Positions 30,001-44,000 are shown, counted from the stretch's first letter. The stretch: 64,000 bases of DNA from Saccostrea echinata (GCF_033153115.1 NW_026889803.1:55986001-56050000), one strand, 5' to 3'. Notes: generated by a model from the letters alone, not told the origin. Made by a program: numbers and translations.

Positions 30001-33000
30001 GCTGCTCTATCCCACTCAATAGGATTCCAATTATTGTCATCTATAATGAAAATTAACTACAGTCAAACCTCATTATCTTGAACTGGATAGGACCGAGAAA
30101 AAACTTTGAGATATCTGAGGGTTTGAGATATTGAGGGTAAAATACATGTACTTGAAAATAAAGTGCGTGGGACTTCCAAATCGCTATGACATACCCAATG
30201 TATTCAAGATATCTGTGTTCAAGATACCAAAGATCAGTGGTATAATTCATACATTGTATCTAAAATTCAGATAAGCATAAAGGATAAGTCTGCAGTGTTT
30301 TTACTAACCTTTCCCAGCAAAGGGGTTTTTGATGTGACATTTTTGACATGCTGTCATATATACCAGTAGCTCAAAGTAGAGAAATGCTAACCATGTTTTT
30401 TTACCGGTTAGCAGACATCTTATCCAAAAACAATAAAGTGTATTGGGTGTTCTTTTGCTTTAATACATGCTTAAGTAAAATTAATTATATATGTGTACTA
30501 ATAAAAAGATGTCCATGAGTCAATGTGGTCATCTAAATCACCTTGACTGTGCTCATTTTATGAAGCAGATTTAAAAAGATTTTTTCCTATATACTCCCAT
30601 GTAAAACTTACTGTGCCCCTCCTTGGCCCCATGAAAACAAATTTGAATTTGCATTAAAAGGCGATGCTTATTATGACTAACTGTGGAACTGTTTGCCTTA
30701 AAAAGATTTGGCTCATAATAAGTACAGTAAAACACGTTTATAGCAAAGTGCCAGGAATGGACAATTTTATTTGTTTTAAACGTAATTTGTTATATCCCTT
30801 AGGTTCACAATAGGTTTTTAAACCATGGGGAATGAAAATCACTTTGCTGTAAGTGTGAATTCATCATAAGCGTGTTCACTGTAACTGTGTTTTACTGAAT
30901 ATCTTTCAAGCTGCTTCTACATTTCTCTCAATTTTATCACTGTATTTGCCCTACCTTGTGCCCCATTATTTCCATTGTTTGCCCCATCCACTCCCTCAGC
31001 CCCATCTTCCTCTTGCTCCTCCTCATTGGCTGCTGCCTGGCCTACATCTCCTCCCCCTTCCTCTCCTCCTCCATTGTTAGCCTCATTCTGATTGGCTGCA
31101 GGTGCCCTAACTCCACCTCCTCCTAATCCAACAAGGTTATTGACAACACCCCCATCCAGAGGATTCTGATAAAGATACAGGCACAAATGTGTCACATTGT
31201 ACATGTGTATTACTGTAAAAGTGATAATGAAGAGATAAAGTTTGATGATTTTGGTATATTAGAAAAATGGTGTGTGGACAATCTACTAGTTTTTAGCAGT
31301 GCTCTCAAAGGAATGTGAAAGTTGACCAATGGAAACTTTGATGATTTATAGAAATTTGTCAATTTCTTCAATGTTTCTACATCATCAAAAAGTTTCCACT
31401 TTTACTGTATGTTTTTTCTCCATTGTGCTCTCATTGTGTTTATCTTAGAGTAACATGTACATCGATGCCTGAGCCCATTAAACTATATTTAACTAAAAAA
31501 ATTAACCTCTTAGTAGAAGTAGCACTAGGGCTGTGCAATAATATTGATATTCCGGTATATTGCAATTCATTAACAAAAAATATGGTATTGCGATACACTT
31601 TTCAAATACCAGTATACCAGCAAACTGCTTGGGCTTTAGATTTCTTAAGTAAAAATTAAATTTAAAATGTCAGAAACGTTTTCAATCGTGCCAAACAGTA
31701 CCAAATGGTAAGGTTGCTGTTGTATGGTTGCATTTCGTTCCAAAACAGTAGTGAAATCAACAAAAAATTTTTTTTGCAACAATGTATTCATAATAGTTTT
31801 ACTCACGTTGCTTATAGATGGAGTTTAATAAAATAAGAAAAAGAGCATTTTAACTGTCATTGAAAATATTGCAATACATATCGCAATACAGTTAAAATAT
31901 CACAATATATCGCAATACAAAATTTCCAGCCGATACCCAGCCATAAGTAGCACTTATCATGACTTGCTCTGATGCACCCTGAATTAAATTTGCAGTAAAA
32001 GTTCGAATAAAATGTGTCAGTATTATTCTCTATTGAGAAGTTGATGGCTTGTTTTAATACTCCACCTACTTCCCTGTATGGTCTGAAATTTTGTTAATTA
32101 CCCTATTATTATTTCTTCGTTGATTGTCCTGTTCCAGCCAGTCTGGGCCTCCTCCATGTAAAATCTGCTCTCTTAACCACACCAGGCTGATGAAAGCACA
32201 CAATGTACACGTCACCACAAAACACCCATGGAAACAGTCTGAGGCTAAGTTCTCACTAGAAGAGTATACAAATAAAGCAGAGTAATAAAGCATGCTAACA
32301 CAAGTATCAGCTACTGGGAACATTTCTGAATTTAGGGCCATTATACTGTAAATCACTTATATTTGTATGACTTTATTTTGCAATGCAAACCATTCTTTAT
32401 TTGCAACTAGAAAACTGACCAGTCAGCAAGGGCCCCACTGAGGGGTAGAAATATAAGGTGCAGCTTACAGAATGAGAATTTTAATACAAAAATTTAAAAA
32501 TATACCGGTATGAAGAAGAGTATCCCTGTATTTACATAAGGCAGTAAAAAACATCATATCTATAATAACTCAATTAAATGTATATTTAAACAAGAATAAA
32601 GCATGTGTTTTATAAAATGCCAGCCTTCAGTGAATGCAATTATCACCCAGACTTGACCTTAACTTCAAAACTAACATCAATTGCAGACAAAGGTTAATTT
32701 ATCTTAAAGTGACAAATAAAGATAAACCTGGAAAAATTTCTGCCCCAGACATGATAATTAATCCCTGGGGATTTGTTGTACTGCTCTCTCATCCTTTTCT
32801 TCCAAGTTTACAATAAGAACTTTTTCAGTAATGATAGAATGAGTTTATTATTGGACTACCTGTTAAAATTAATAGTGTTCTTGAATTTACATAAGGCAGC
32901 AAAAAAAAAAAAAAAATGAATAAATAAATTAATAAACAAAATAAATAAAAAAAAAAAAAAAAAAAAAAAAACCCATATCGTTATGTATATCTTGTTTTTA

Positions 33001-34269
33001 GAATTCAATAAAATCATAACTCATTGTGTATTTTACCAAAACAAAGTATGAACATTATTTAAATCCACATTTCAGAGAATGTAAACATCATTCAGAAGGT
33101 CACCATTCAGAACTGACCTTAACTTAAAAACAAACTTCATTTGCAGACAGAGGTGTTAATTATCTCAATTTGACAGAAACAGACAATGCTTTGGATTTTC
33201 TTTAAGAGGAAAGTTAATTAATCAGATGGGACTAGTTGCAGCTTTCATAGTTTACAATAGGAACATTCTCAGCAGTTATCTCTCATTGCTCTGGCATTCA
33301 TTCTAATGTAAAGTTAAGGAATCTACCCCACCACCCCAGCTCCAAACTGGATGACATAGAGAACAAGACTTAGCATCAAAATATGTCTTACTGCCTCTTC
33401 AACCAACATACCAAATTTGAACTTAATTGGTCAACTACAAAAAAAGTTTTTAGTAAAAAACAGAAAGTTTGTGGAAGAATGACAGACGGACAGACAGACG
33501 GATGGACAGACAGACAGACAGACAGAGTGATTACTATAGGGCACCCGCAAATCCTTGCGGGGCCCTAATGATTTGGGTTTAACAAGAACTTTAGTTATAA
33601 GGCATTCATGAATAAAATGAGATTTAGTTGTTGTGTGTTGTCATTTGAATTTTGTCAGATGACTCCTAGATACTCAAAATGTTGTACATACGTGGATAGC
33701 ATATCTAGAGGTAAGGTTAGCAATGAACTGACAGATCCTGTGAATAGACATCTGTATATACGACCTAAAAAAGAAAATTTATAGTTTTGTATGAAAATAC
33801 AAGTATGAAAGTTCAATTAATGTTGTATAAAAGGGACAATAAAAACAGTTCACAAGAGAAATGATGATATACAACATTTTACAATTTAATTCTTCTTCTG
33901 CATATATCACACAAAAAGAAAATTCTAACAAGAGGCCCATGAGCCACAACACTCATCTGAGCACTTTGGCTAGGAAAAAGCAGAAATCAGTTCAGTATTG
34001 AAAAGTTTAAATATATAAGTGGTCCCAACCTAATAAGGAAGGGATGGGGGGGGGGGGGGTATGATTTGAATAAACTTAAATTTACACTAACTGAGGATGC
34101 TTCAATATTTCTTTGACTAGTAATGGTTTTAAAAGATTTTTAAAGATTATATTCCTATAAGTTTTATCTTTCATTTATATTTTCTGGCCCACTGGCTTTT
34201 AAGAAGATTTTTAAACCATGCCATAAAATTTTCACTAATTCATAATTATCTCCCCTTGGAAGAAGGTGT

Positions 34270-34301
<32 letters not shown>

Positions 34302-34430
34302 TAGCAAAGGATACTTTGTAGCAAGTTTGGTTAAAACTGGCCCAGTGGTTCTGGAGAAGATGATGAAATTGTAAAAAGTTAACGATTACAACAACAACAA
34401 CGGCAACAACAATGACAAAAGACAACTGAT

Positions 34431-34473
<43 letters not shown>

Positions 34474-37400
34474 CACTAAAAACTAATAAAACTGTATACT
34501 CAGAAAAAAAAATGGCTGACTATATATGTCTTATAATGGCCCAAAGGGATTTCCCTCAATTTTTACAGCTGAGGGTTTAAAGCAAAAAAAAAAAAGGTTT
34601 AATTTGTACTAAAAATTCATCAAATATGAAGAGTTTTTCCTTTCAAAATCAGTGACATCTGTAATTTGTATTTTCTTGTCATAATATCTGACTAATGACA
34701 TCAGAGTTGATGTAAATTTTTAATGATTTGAAGTCTACAAATATTGCCCTGGTTTAGAATATACAGATTTTCCAAATAAAGTTTGGTTTTGGAAGGCCGA
34801 TAATCATAAATATTGTCATTGGAAACCAAGACTTTTTGGTCCACTACACTCACTTAAAACCCTTGGCAGTTCACACTATTAAAATTGTGGATGAAACACA
34901 TGTACATGTATTTTATTTATTTGAAGCTATACCCTTCAAATCACTGAAAAGACTGCTGTCTCATTTAGCCATGTAAATGTAGGAAAAAACAGACAATATT
35001 TATATAAAAGCAATTTACCACTCTCTGTTCATGTGTCCATATATACATTCTGTTCTTGCTACAATTCTATTTGCCCCAAATTAGCCTGCTGTTACTGTGC
35101 CTGGGAAGGTCAAGCAACAGGTGGGGCCAATGGCCCCACTGTTCATAAAATGATGGGGCCATTTTGAAATTTAAGGGGCCGAGGGGAAATATATTGGAGC
35201 CATTCTAAAATAAATCATAGTATGATGCTATATGATAATGCATTTATCTCTGACAACAAAATCCAGGAAAATTCAAAAGAAAAATGCGATAGGAATTGAC
35301 ATGTCATATGACATTGACTGGTGCAAATGATTTTTCCATTTCTAAGAAATTGAATCAGTCAATCGTCATCTACATTCTACCAACTAGTATTTAGAAAAAT
35401 TATATTTTATAAAACCAAAAGCACCATTTTTTTACGATGCTGATTTAGAGATCACAGAACAGGCCAAAATAAGTGGACTTCGTTGAAAAGGTTTTTCATT
35501 GTAAGGTATATAAATTTTCCATGTCCGTGACTTTCGTAAAGCTGTGGTCAACCATCGAAAAAGACTTGACACTTACGAATCGAACGACATGAAAAAAAAC
35601 TGTTTCTTTGCCAGTGGATGTCAATATGCCGAATAATGGTTCCGATTATATCATTATAATACATCACAGATTCTGTATAACTTCGATGAAGAATACAGAT
35701 AGCGCGGACTGCGATGAACTTACAAAGTAATAAAACATGCATAACCGCATTTTTGCGGGGTGCGCCGCATGCCGCTGCGCACCATTATTTCATTGCGCCA
35801 TTTTCAAGAGTATGCGCATATGGCGCATGCCGCAGCCCCTTCCCAGGCCCTGCTGTTAATTTACCTTTACTTTTATCTTTCGTGTACATCTATAGATCTT
35901 GCTCACAATAGATAGTTGTCTACAATAAGGAAACTGTTGCCTGGTTGGGCAGAATCTACGGATATATTTTGGACACAAAGATTTTGCTAATTGTTGGCCA
36001 CAGATTTAATGGTGTAATCTGCCAATGGGGGGGGGGGGGGGGGGGGCTAGCAGTCAGAAAAGCTCATGCAGATATGTGATTGCATACAGTTCTACAGTTC
36101 TTTGCTCTTTTAGTATTCTTCACAGGATTTTTCTATACTTACAGGCAGTAAGGGGAACAACTCCCAGCCAGGCAAATGCCACCAGTGTATAGTGAAACCA
36201 GTACCTTACTGCTCTCCCAATACTGGACAATAATCCCCCAAATATGTCCTTAATTGGCAATCTCTTTGGCATATCAGGGGAATAAACTGAAAAGAAAAAT
36301 TATTCCTAAAGCATATCCAGTCCTGGATTCTTTGGAATAAATGCAATTCACTGATATTTAATATTGTAGATACTAAATTACCTTTAAATATTATTACTTA
36401 ATTATAGAGTTTATTTCTGTCTACAGAAATATATCAGGTTGATCAGTCTCACAGAGGGCCCAGTTTTGCCTCAGTGTCTATGCCATTGATCAATAAGATG
36501 GTTATTTCCATACAAATGTATATAGTAAGTCATAAACTAATAAATGGTTTATTTTCTCAAAGACCATGATTTGACAGACATGTACACAAGTACTGATGAT
36601 AAAAAATATCAAGATGGTTAGGCATTAGCCATGTTGCCATATATAAATACTTACCTGCCACACATTGAAAAATAGCCAACAGTCAGGTGTCATATTAAAC
36701 CAATGAAAGTGTGAGATTTCAGTTCAAGGGAAAATAAAATTTATTAGGATCATTCTGGATTCAAAGAAAATATTTAAAAATCGTTGTCAGAGAATTTCTG
36801 TATGGCCACTTACTTGGAGTGAATGCAAATCTGTGTTTACATAATTCACAATATTCTTTTCTACTGTATTTAAGCCATTGCACCAAGCTGAAAATGAACA
36901 AAAACAGATGTCACATGGGTAACAAAGTCAAATGACATCCTCTCTGAAAAATTAATACATGCATATGAGATCCCTTCTTCTGGACCCAAACTAGGTCAGA
37001 TGCCAAATATACAGATACTAGTAAACACATAAACAATTATGTAAAGGAAATCTACATTGTCTCCTCCCCCAATCCCATTAACCTCAGGAACCAGAATTTG
37101 CACAAAACTGACTCTGTATTACTGGATAAGATTGTCTGCATATAAATTTGGTGATTTAGGCACTTTTGTTCCAGTAAGACTTCTTAATAGCATTTTTATT
37201 GACCTATATATTCCTATGTTTAACTGTGAACCCCAACTATAGTCAAAAGAGAATGGATAAAACTTATATTTGCAATACCTGAGGATGCTTGCCTATCAAT
37301 TTACTTAATTACAATATTGTTGTTCTTGAGAAATCACCCTAGACCCAAGGTGTATGACTTGCACAACCTTGAAGGACCACTACAATTGGATGTTTTCATG

Positions 37401-40400
37401 TAAATTTGAGTATTTAAAGCCTGGCTATTCTAAAGAAGAAAGATTTTAAAGAATTTTCCTTAAATATGGTAAAAGTTTAAACCCCCTATTGCAGACCACC
37501 CTTGCCCTTATAATTAAAACTTATCAAATTTTAATCTGCACTACGTGGGGATGCTTGCATAACAATTTCACTAATAATTGCCCTACTGTTCTCAAGAAAA
37601 ATGGTTTTTTAAAAAATTCTGATATATTCTTATTAAAAAATACTTAGTCAAACCTTGCTATCTTGAACTTGACAGGACCGAGATTAAACTCTGAGATATC
37701 CAAGATTCAAGAAAATGAGGGTAAAAAAATAAACAAAAACAGTTTGGGACTTCCAACAGACTTCAACATATCCCTGGTATTCAAGATATTGGTGTTAAAG
37801 ATAACAAAGTTCACTGTACACGTCTTCCCTATTGTGGCCCAGCAAATACTCAAAGGTTATGATCTGAGTAAGTTTTTATCTAAATTTTATATTAATTTGT
37901 CCCTTTATGTTCATAAAAATGGAATCCCTTTACCCAAGAAATTTTTCTGCTAAATTTAAATTGGTTACCAGGTAAATAGTTCTTGAAATTGTACAAAATT
38001 TACAACTGTCAACAGAAACCAGATGATGGAGAGACAATAGATATTTAATCAAAAAAGTTAATACCAATAGTGAGCTAATAAGGTTTAATTAATAATAAGC
38101 ATATAGATTATTAGAAATACATGTACAGTCAAATCTTGTTATCAAGAACTCAAATGGACTGAGAAAAGACTTCAAGATATCAGAGGGTTTGAGACATTGA
38201 GGGTAAAACACATAAAGAAAAAGTGGTTGGGACCTCCAAATGACTTTAGCATCCATGGTTTTTGAGATATCTATGTTGATACACAGAAATTCAACTGTAT
38301 TTACTTAAAATAGCACGCATTTAAATTTTCTAATAGAAATATTTAGTAAATTAATATTAGCATTGCAAACATATTTATTTTTTAATTTCTTCATGTCATT
38401 GTGGGTTTTGACTGCAATTTTCTGTCAAATTTATATTGTAGTTTTGTACATCTTTGTATAATAAAGATGGGAAGGAAACTACAGATACAAACATCCTACA
38501 AACCAGAACTGAGTAATCTCGAGATACAAATTCTTAATAAAATCACTGATGATACAGATATTACTTACCAGTCTTGATGTATGTATCGTATACTTCCTGT
38601 ACATACACAAGGGTGATATAAAGGTTTGTCTGGAGTACTCTCACAGCGACAGACACGACATATGTCTGAAAGTTTAAATATTTCAACAATAAACTCCATA
38701 TATACCTATGATTATACATATAGCCCTTTGAAATAGAAGAAACATCATTAAGGGTTAGATGCTGAACTCCAAGTCATGCAAAAATGCCCTCTTTAAAAAT
38801 ACAAGACATGCACATATGTATTGCAATATAATGACTGTAGTCAAAATCATAAACTGTAAGATGGCTTATTAAGTCTTGCCCAGTATTCAAGTTTTTGTTA
38901 GACAATGATCTGACTCGGCTTATCCCTAATTTGAAAAATGCAAAGAAATGAAAGTAATTAATTCTTTGCTCCAACCATTCCAACTTGACTTATAGCCAGC
39001 ACCGGGAGCTTTATAAGTGCAAAGCACTGCTCATGTAACAAGCTCTACTGACCATTTTTCAAGGAACTTCTTAGAAGTCTATGTGAAAAAATTCTAAAAC
39101 TTTCTATCCTCTTTGCACATGAAGCAACAATGTAGCATAGTGTAACAAGGATGTAATAATTTTTTTTCCCGATTTTGTCAGAAATATATTAGCAGTCCTG
39201 AATCTTTTTATCTTTCAATCTTCAAGTTACAGAGAGTAGCCATATAAGTCTAAAATAAAATATATATCTTTTTTGAGACATAAAAATCATACAAAGAAAA
39301 TGATATGGGACACAATAAATACAGTCTACAAAGTTTACTGAAAATTATGACCTTCACTGTCTTAGGCAGCAATATGCAAAATATAAGCAGATCTATTATT
39401 AAGACGGAGACATAACAGATATTCACAACTCTGCCATAACGTGTATTTACTGAAATATGTGATGGTCCTAAAAATTACTTTTAAATTCATCAATTTTGTT
39501 TTTCAGTCTAAAGTTAAATTAATATTAATTTTATTATATACATGATATATGGGTGTAACAATAGTAAAGTTTTAAAACTAAGAATTAAATATTACAGAAA
39601 ACTAGCCGTAATAAAAAGTCAATGATCAAAAGTTGGCAAAATCTCAGAGATATGGTCGACCATGGGTTTCCTGTTGCTATTTCAGATTTCTCCCTTGTTA
39701 TTGTATGAAATAAATCCTGTATCATTTTTTGATATGAAATAGGTTCTACTTCATTATCCTTGGTAATTTTAAGGATTCCTGCGATTTAAATGGTGCGATA
39801 TTTGAAGAAAAAAAAATAATGATGCCTGGCATACGAGAAATCCCAAGATTTCGAACAGTTGCAAATCTTAATTTATTATCATGTCTCTGCTGTTATTTTA
39901 GAGAAGTTGATTGCATCAGTAACAAAGCTTACTGCACTCATTCTGATAGTTCCACCATCTAACATATTAGGATGCTAATTTTTTTTTCTACACAAGAAAA
40001 AAATTACATTTCTACAAGACTCTGTGGTAGAATATCTAGGCGAAGTATCGAGGATACAATATTGTAACTGTTTGGGCTGTGGATATTAGCATGGGTAGCT
40101 CAGTTGGTAGAGCGCCTGACTAGTGATGCAGGGGGTCTGGGTTCAATTACTGGTCCAGCCATACATTCTCTCCTTTCTTGTTACGTAATTTGGGGCTGTT
40201 GACCACCCCCTGGACTTGCAGGTTAAAGTCCCGCCACAGGGGCAAAAAAGGAACTTGGGTTATGTCTTCAAGAGCGAAGACAAAAGGAGAGAGGCATGTA
40301 ATGGTTTGGGCTGTGGATATCATTCTGGGTAGCTCAGTTGGTAGAGCGCCTGACTAGAGATGCAGGGGTCCCGGGTTTGATTCCTGGTCTAGCCATACAT

Positions 40401-40760
40401 TGATTTTCCCCTTTTCTGTTACATACAGGTTTAAACCACTTCACATGACCTCTCTGTTTACAAAAAATATTATTCATTTGACAACACACAAAATACAATG
40501 AAATCAAAGAGTCTAGTCACTGTCTAAAGCTGTCTTAATTTTTTAAAGTGAAATAAATATGCACAGATGGACTAATTGGATGATGAAAGGAAAGGTGTAG
40601 AATATGCCTCTGTTTCATATTAGTAAACTACACCTGGATATTGACGAAATTAATACACTACAGAATCAAAAAAGTAAAATTTAAAATGCTGATATGAAGA
40701 GGTTCATCTACAAAATAAAAGAGAACAAATAATACCTGTATGAACTTCTGATTCCTCCAT
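24003..40760 (-). CDS. MARCHF6: E3 ubiquitin ligase MARCHF6 (TEB4/Doa10); 24 coding exons
   Basis: [44 protein letters not shown]...CELC; [23 protein letters not shown]; C-terminal [11 protein letters not shown]. Exons: 40736-40760, 38569-38665, 36814-36887, 36143-36286, 33692-33764, 32102-32255, 30955-31165, 29946-30040, 29796-29847, 29507-29565, 29297-29406, 28224-28338, 27879-28082, 27472-27522, 27277-27377, 26965-27148, 26292-26462, 26038-26107, 25747-25928, 25340-25474, 25116-25205, 24885-25017, 24611-24746, 24003-24081. Confidence 0.95.
26579..26785. mobile_element. Tc1/mariner-type MITE (CpG-rich, probably young)
   Basis: TIR CTGTAAACCAACT.TTATT.GCGT with TA flanks and internal TCGCGA repeats. 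Confidence 0.85.
28663..29341 (-). repeat. Minisatellite of the MARCHF6 exon-11 3' end plus splice donor (51/42-bp units, 14 donor-site copies)
   Basis: Minus-strand unit TCTTATCATTCTCTACATGATGTGTTCCATAGCCAAACTTAGAAA|GTAAGC. Donor hexamers begin (plus coordinates) at 28664, 28715, 28766 (mutated), 28817, 28859, 28910, 28952, 29003, 29054, 29105, 29147, 29198, 29249, 29291. Confidence 0.95.
31526..31945. mobile_element. hAT-type MITE with 8-bp TSD
   Basis: Termini TAGGGCTG...CAGCCATA, with direct repeat AGTAGCAC at 31518-31525 and 31946-31953. Confidence 0.8.
32405..33570 (+). mobile_element. HINE-type element with two long internal repeats
   Basis: ATTTACATAAGGCAG at ~32530 and ~32886; TGACCTTAACTT.AAAAC at ~32654 and ~33115; (GACA/GACG)n 33481-33525; 3' hairpin TAGGGCACCCGCAA..TTGCGGGGCCCTA. 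Confidence 0.6.
33928..34482 (+). mobile_element. HINE-type element, both ends present
   Basis: 5' ACAAGAGGCCCATGAGCCACAACACTCA; (ACA)n; 3' GATCAGAAAAGCTCACTTGAGCCTTCGGCTCAGGTGCACTAAAAA hairpin. Confidence 0.8.
35095..35852. mobile_element. hAT-like non-autonomous DNA transposon
   Basis: Ends ..GCCTGGGAAGG / CCTTCCCAGGCCCTG, CTGTTA on both flanks, CpG-rich interior unlike the host intron. Confidence 0.6.
40063..40423 (+). mobile_element. Miniature LTR retrotransposon (TRIM) with a tRNA-like sequence in both LTRs (Helenus-like)
   Basis: Direct repeats TGTAA...GTTAC(A) at ~40063-40184 and ~40297-40423. Each contains TAGCTCAGTTGGTAGAGCGCCTGACTAG...GGGTT(C/T)RATT (A/B boxes). A TGG-led PBS-like motif follows LTR1 and the purine tract AAAAGGAGAGAGG precedes LTR2. 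Confidence 0.72.
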
Positions 40761-41059
40761 CTTGGGCAATATTGGTACTTTCGGTTGTCGTAAAATAAAA
40801 AAAAATATAAAACGAAACAGTATTGATTTAAGATCAATGTAGTTCATATCACTTAACAAAATGGAAAACAAACAAATCGATTATGCAGTATATTCTTCTT
40901 ATCATTTTTGCTTGAGTGTTTATTTTTACGACTTACTTTTGCAACCTCTTTACGGTAGCACTTGCTTCGGAAACCAGGGACGCTTGTATTAGCTTTAGTC
41001 CGAAATGGCTCGGTGATAAACATTGGGAAAATATATTGTAAACATTCAGGAATGTTAAA
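40761..41059. promoter_or_regulatory. Bidirectional promoter between MARCHF6 and WDR88
   Basis: Divergent start codons at 40760 (-) and 41060 (+), only 299 bp apart, and locally CpG-enriched. Confidence 0.7.
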
Positions 41060-44000
41060 ATGACAACTTTAAGTGAAGACAACGATTATTTGGCAATTGA
41101 AACTAAATCTGAAAGTAATGACGGCCGATTAAGCGCTGCGACATGGGAACATGAAGATCTGGCACAAGTGAGAGAGGAGACAGCTTTATTCAGTCTTGTC
41201 TTTTATAAATATTGATATTGTTTGACTTCGTTCAAGCTCGAAGTTTATCGTTCAAAAGTTATATAAAGTTTGTCTCTGTAGTTTTTAAGAGAAAAAAAAT
41301 CAATGTTGAAAAAATACAGGTATATAAATGAAATCTTAAAATTAAATTTTCTATTATAATAATACTAGATCTAATGGCAGGTCAAAGTATATGGGGTCTG
41401 TTCTTGGACATACTGTACATGTAGTGAGAATATATAAATCATGTATACCTGTTTGTGTGCTTTCACAAGATGAACAACATTGAACATGTAATACAAATTT
41501 TACATTGTTTACATTAAATTGAATTTTCCAGGTAAAGATAAGGGTTTTTCGAGGTCATACAGATGCAGTTAATTCCTGTACATACATTGACAATGACTCA
41601 AAAATCCTCTCTGGGTCCTCAGATAAAACAGCCCGTATATGGGATATTGACTCGGGAGAGTTAAAACATCATTACACTGGAGGACACGAGGCAGCTATAT
41701 CAGAAACAAGTATCAATGACAATAGTCGGAGGTTATTACATTAATTTTCATAATTATCTCTTCAAGATAATAAATATTTGTTAAGTCATCATTGAACATT
41801 ATATAAATATATTTTATTAAGTTGTATGTTGCATGTTAACAGGTTTGTGAGCTCGGGCTGGGATAAGAAAGTCCAGGTGTGGGACATAGAATCTGGAAAC
41901 ATCTTGGTAAGAAGAGGGATTTTAATACTGAATTATAAATGTCTCTTTCTCATTCATTTATGACATACTAGTACATGTAATTTGCTTGTTGTAATTATTG
42001 CAGTGGACTGGTAGACACGGAGGAATTGTCACTTGCTGCAAGTTTTCCCATGATGGAAAATTAGTTATCTCTGGCTCAGATTTAGACAACACACTAAAAA
42101 TCTGGGATGCTAACTCTGGAGAACTCATTACATATCTTGAGGGTATGTTGAAATCATCAATGATTCAATGTCAAAATATCATACTATGGATTATATCATA
42201 CTTAGTCTAAAGGAATCCTTTTGCACAAATAGCGTGTGTTGGCCAGGCGGATTCAATCACTGGTGGCAAGATAGCTCAGTTGTTAGAGCACCTGACAAGT
42301 GATTCAGAGGACCTGGGTTTGATTCCTGGTCTAGTTTGTCACATTTTTCTTCCTTGCCAGTTAATTTTCATGCAATGACCATGCCCTGGGAGTGACAGGT
42401 GAAAGACCTGCCAGGGAAGAGCCTGGTTTTGTGTCTTCAGGGGCAAAATCCTTAAAGGAGGGAGGAATGTGGTGATCAGGCATGTTCCATCACCAGTTCA
42501 CCAGTGGCCAGATAGTTCAGTTGGTAGAGCACCTGACTAGTTATTCAGGGGGCCTGGATTTAATTCCTGGTCTGGTCTCTCACATTTTCTTCCTTGCCAG
42601 TTACCTGGTACATTAGGTGCCATGACCATGAACTGGAAGAGACCTGCCAGGGAAGGGCCCAGGTTTGAATCTGAGTCTGGTCCTTTGCATTTTTCCACTC
42701 TCTGGTACAAGTGTTTATGCAATTTTATTTTTATTACAGATCATCATGACAGCACCATAACAAGCTGTATTTTTGCACCAGGAGATGACAAAGTTATAAC
42801 AACATCAATGGATCGAACCTCTAAGTTTTATGATCTGCGAACACATAAAGTTACAATACAGTTAGAGTATGTTGATCAAATGCTTAAAGAATATAACAAA
42901 AATAAAAAAAAAATAGTTCTTTTGAAGTTCAAAATTTTTTAAAGGAAATCTGCATTTATTTCATTAAATAACATATTATGAAACTATGTTTTCTTTAAAA
43001 AATGCTTGTTTTAATACAAAGAAATAATTTTGCTTCATGTGGTCTTACTGTCCATCATTAATTAAAAATTATAACAATTTTAGAGGACATATCAACATTA
43101 TAGCTGATTGTGACATCTCGTTTGATGAGAGGAAATTTGCCACAGCCTCCTGGGATAAAACCATTAAGATTTGGGATGTGGCCACTGGAGCCTACAGGTC
43201 AGAATTATTTCATCGTGTTGCACCTGTTAAACACCGTAAAAAACTAATAAATACTTTGTCTATGGTACAGGATAAAGCATAATTTCTTATTGTCCCTCAC
43301 TTTCCCACTTTAGTGAAAGCAAGAAGACATTAAATCTCGATCTGTCAGTCTGTTTTTATCGCAACATTAACCTTGGTTATAACTTTTGAATGAGAAATGA
43401 TAGGGCTTTCATATTTCACATGTACAATATCTGTGACAAGACTTTTCCAAATATACTATGATTTTTGACCCCATTACCTTGAAGTTTGACCTACTTTTCA
43501 AAAATTTAAATGTTACTTTTACCTTAGTCATAACTTTTGAATGAGAAGAGATAGAGTGTTCATATTTCGCATGTACATTACCTGTGATAAGAATGTTCCA
43601 ATTATGCCATGATTTTTGACCCTGTGACCTTGACCTTGAACTTTAACCTACTTTTCAAAATTTTTTAATATTGGTATAATTTTTTAATGAGAAAAGATAG
43701 GGTGTTCATCTTTGACAAGCGCATTACCTGTGATAAGAAGTTTCCGCATGTTTAATGATATTTGACCCCTGACCTGACCTTGAAGTTTGACCTATAATTT
43801 TCAAAAATGTTATCATTGCTGCTAACTTTTGAAGGAGAGAAGATAGGACATTCATATTTGACATGTGCATTACCTGTGACAAGATGTTTCTAAATATACT
43901 CTGATTTTTAACAATAGGACCTTGAAGTTTGACCTAATTTTAAAAAAAAATTTAAAATTGCTGATAATTTTTGAGTGTAATGAAGATTTGGCACATATAT

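Noticed and set aside
40094-42580. Four functional tRNA genes
   Set aside because: Acceptor stems and B boxes are degenerate, and the copies sit in paired direct repeats with PPT/PBS-like motifs, so they are better explained as LTR components.
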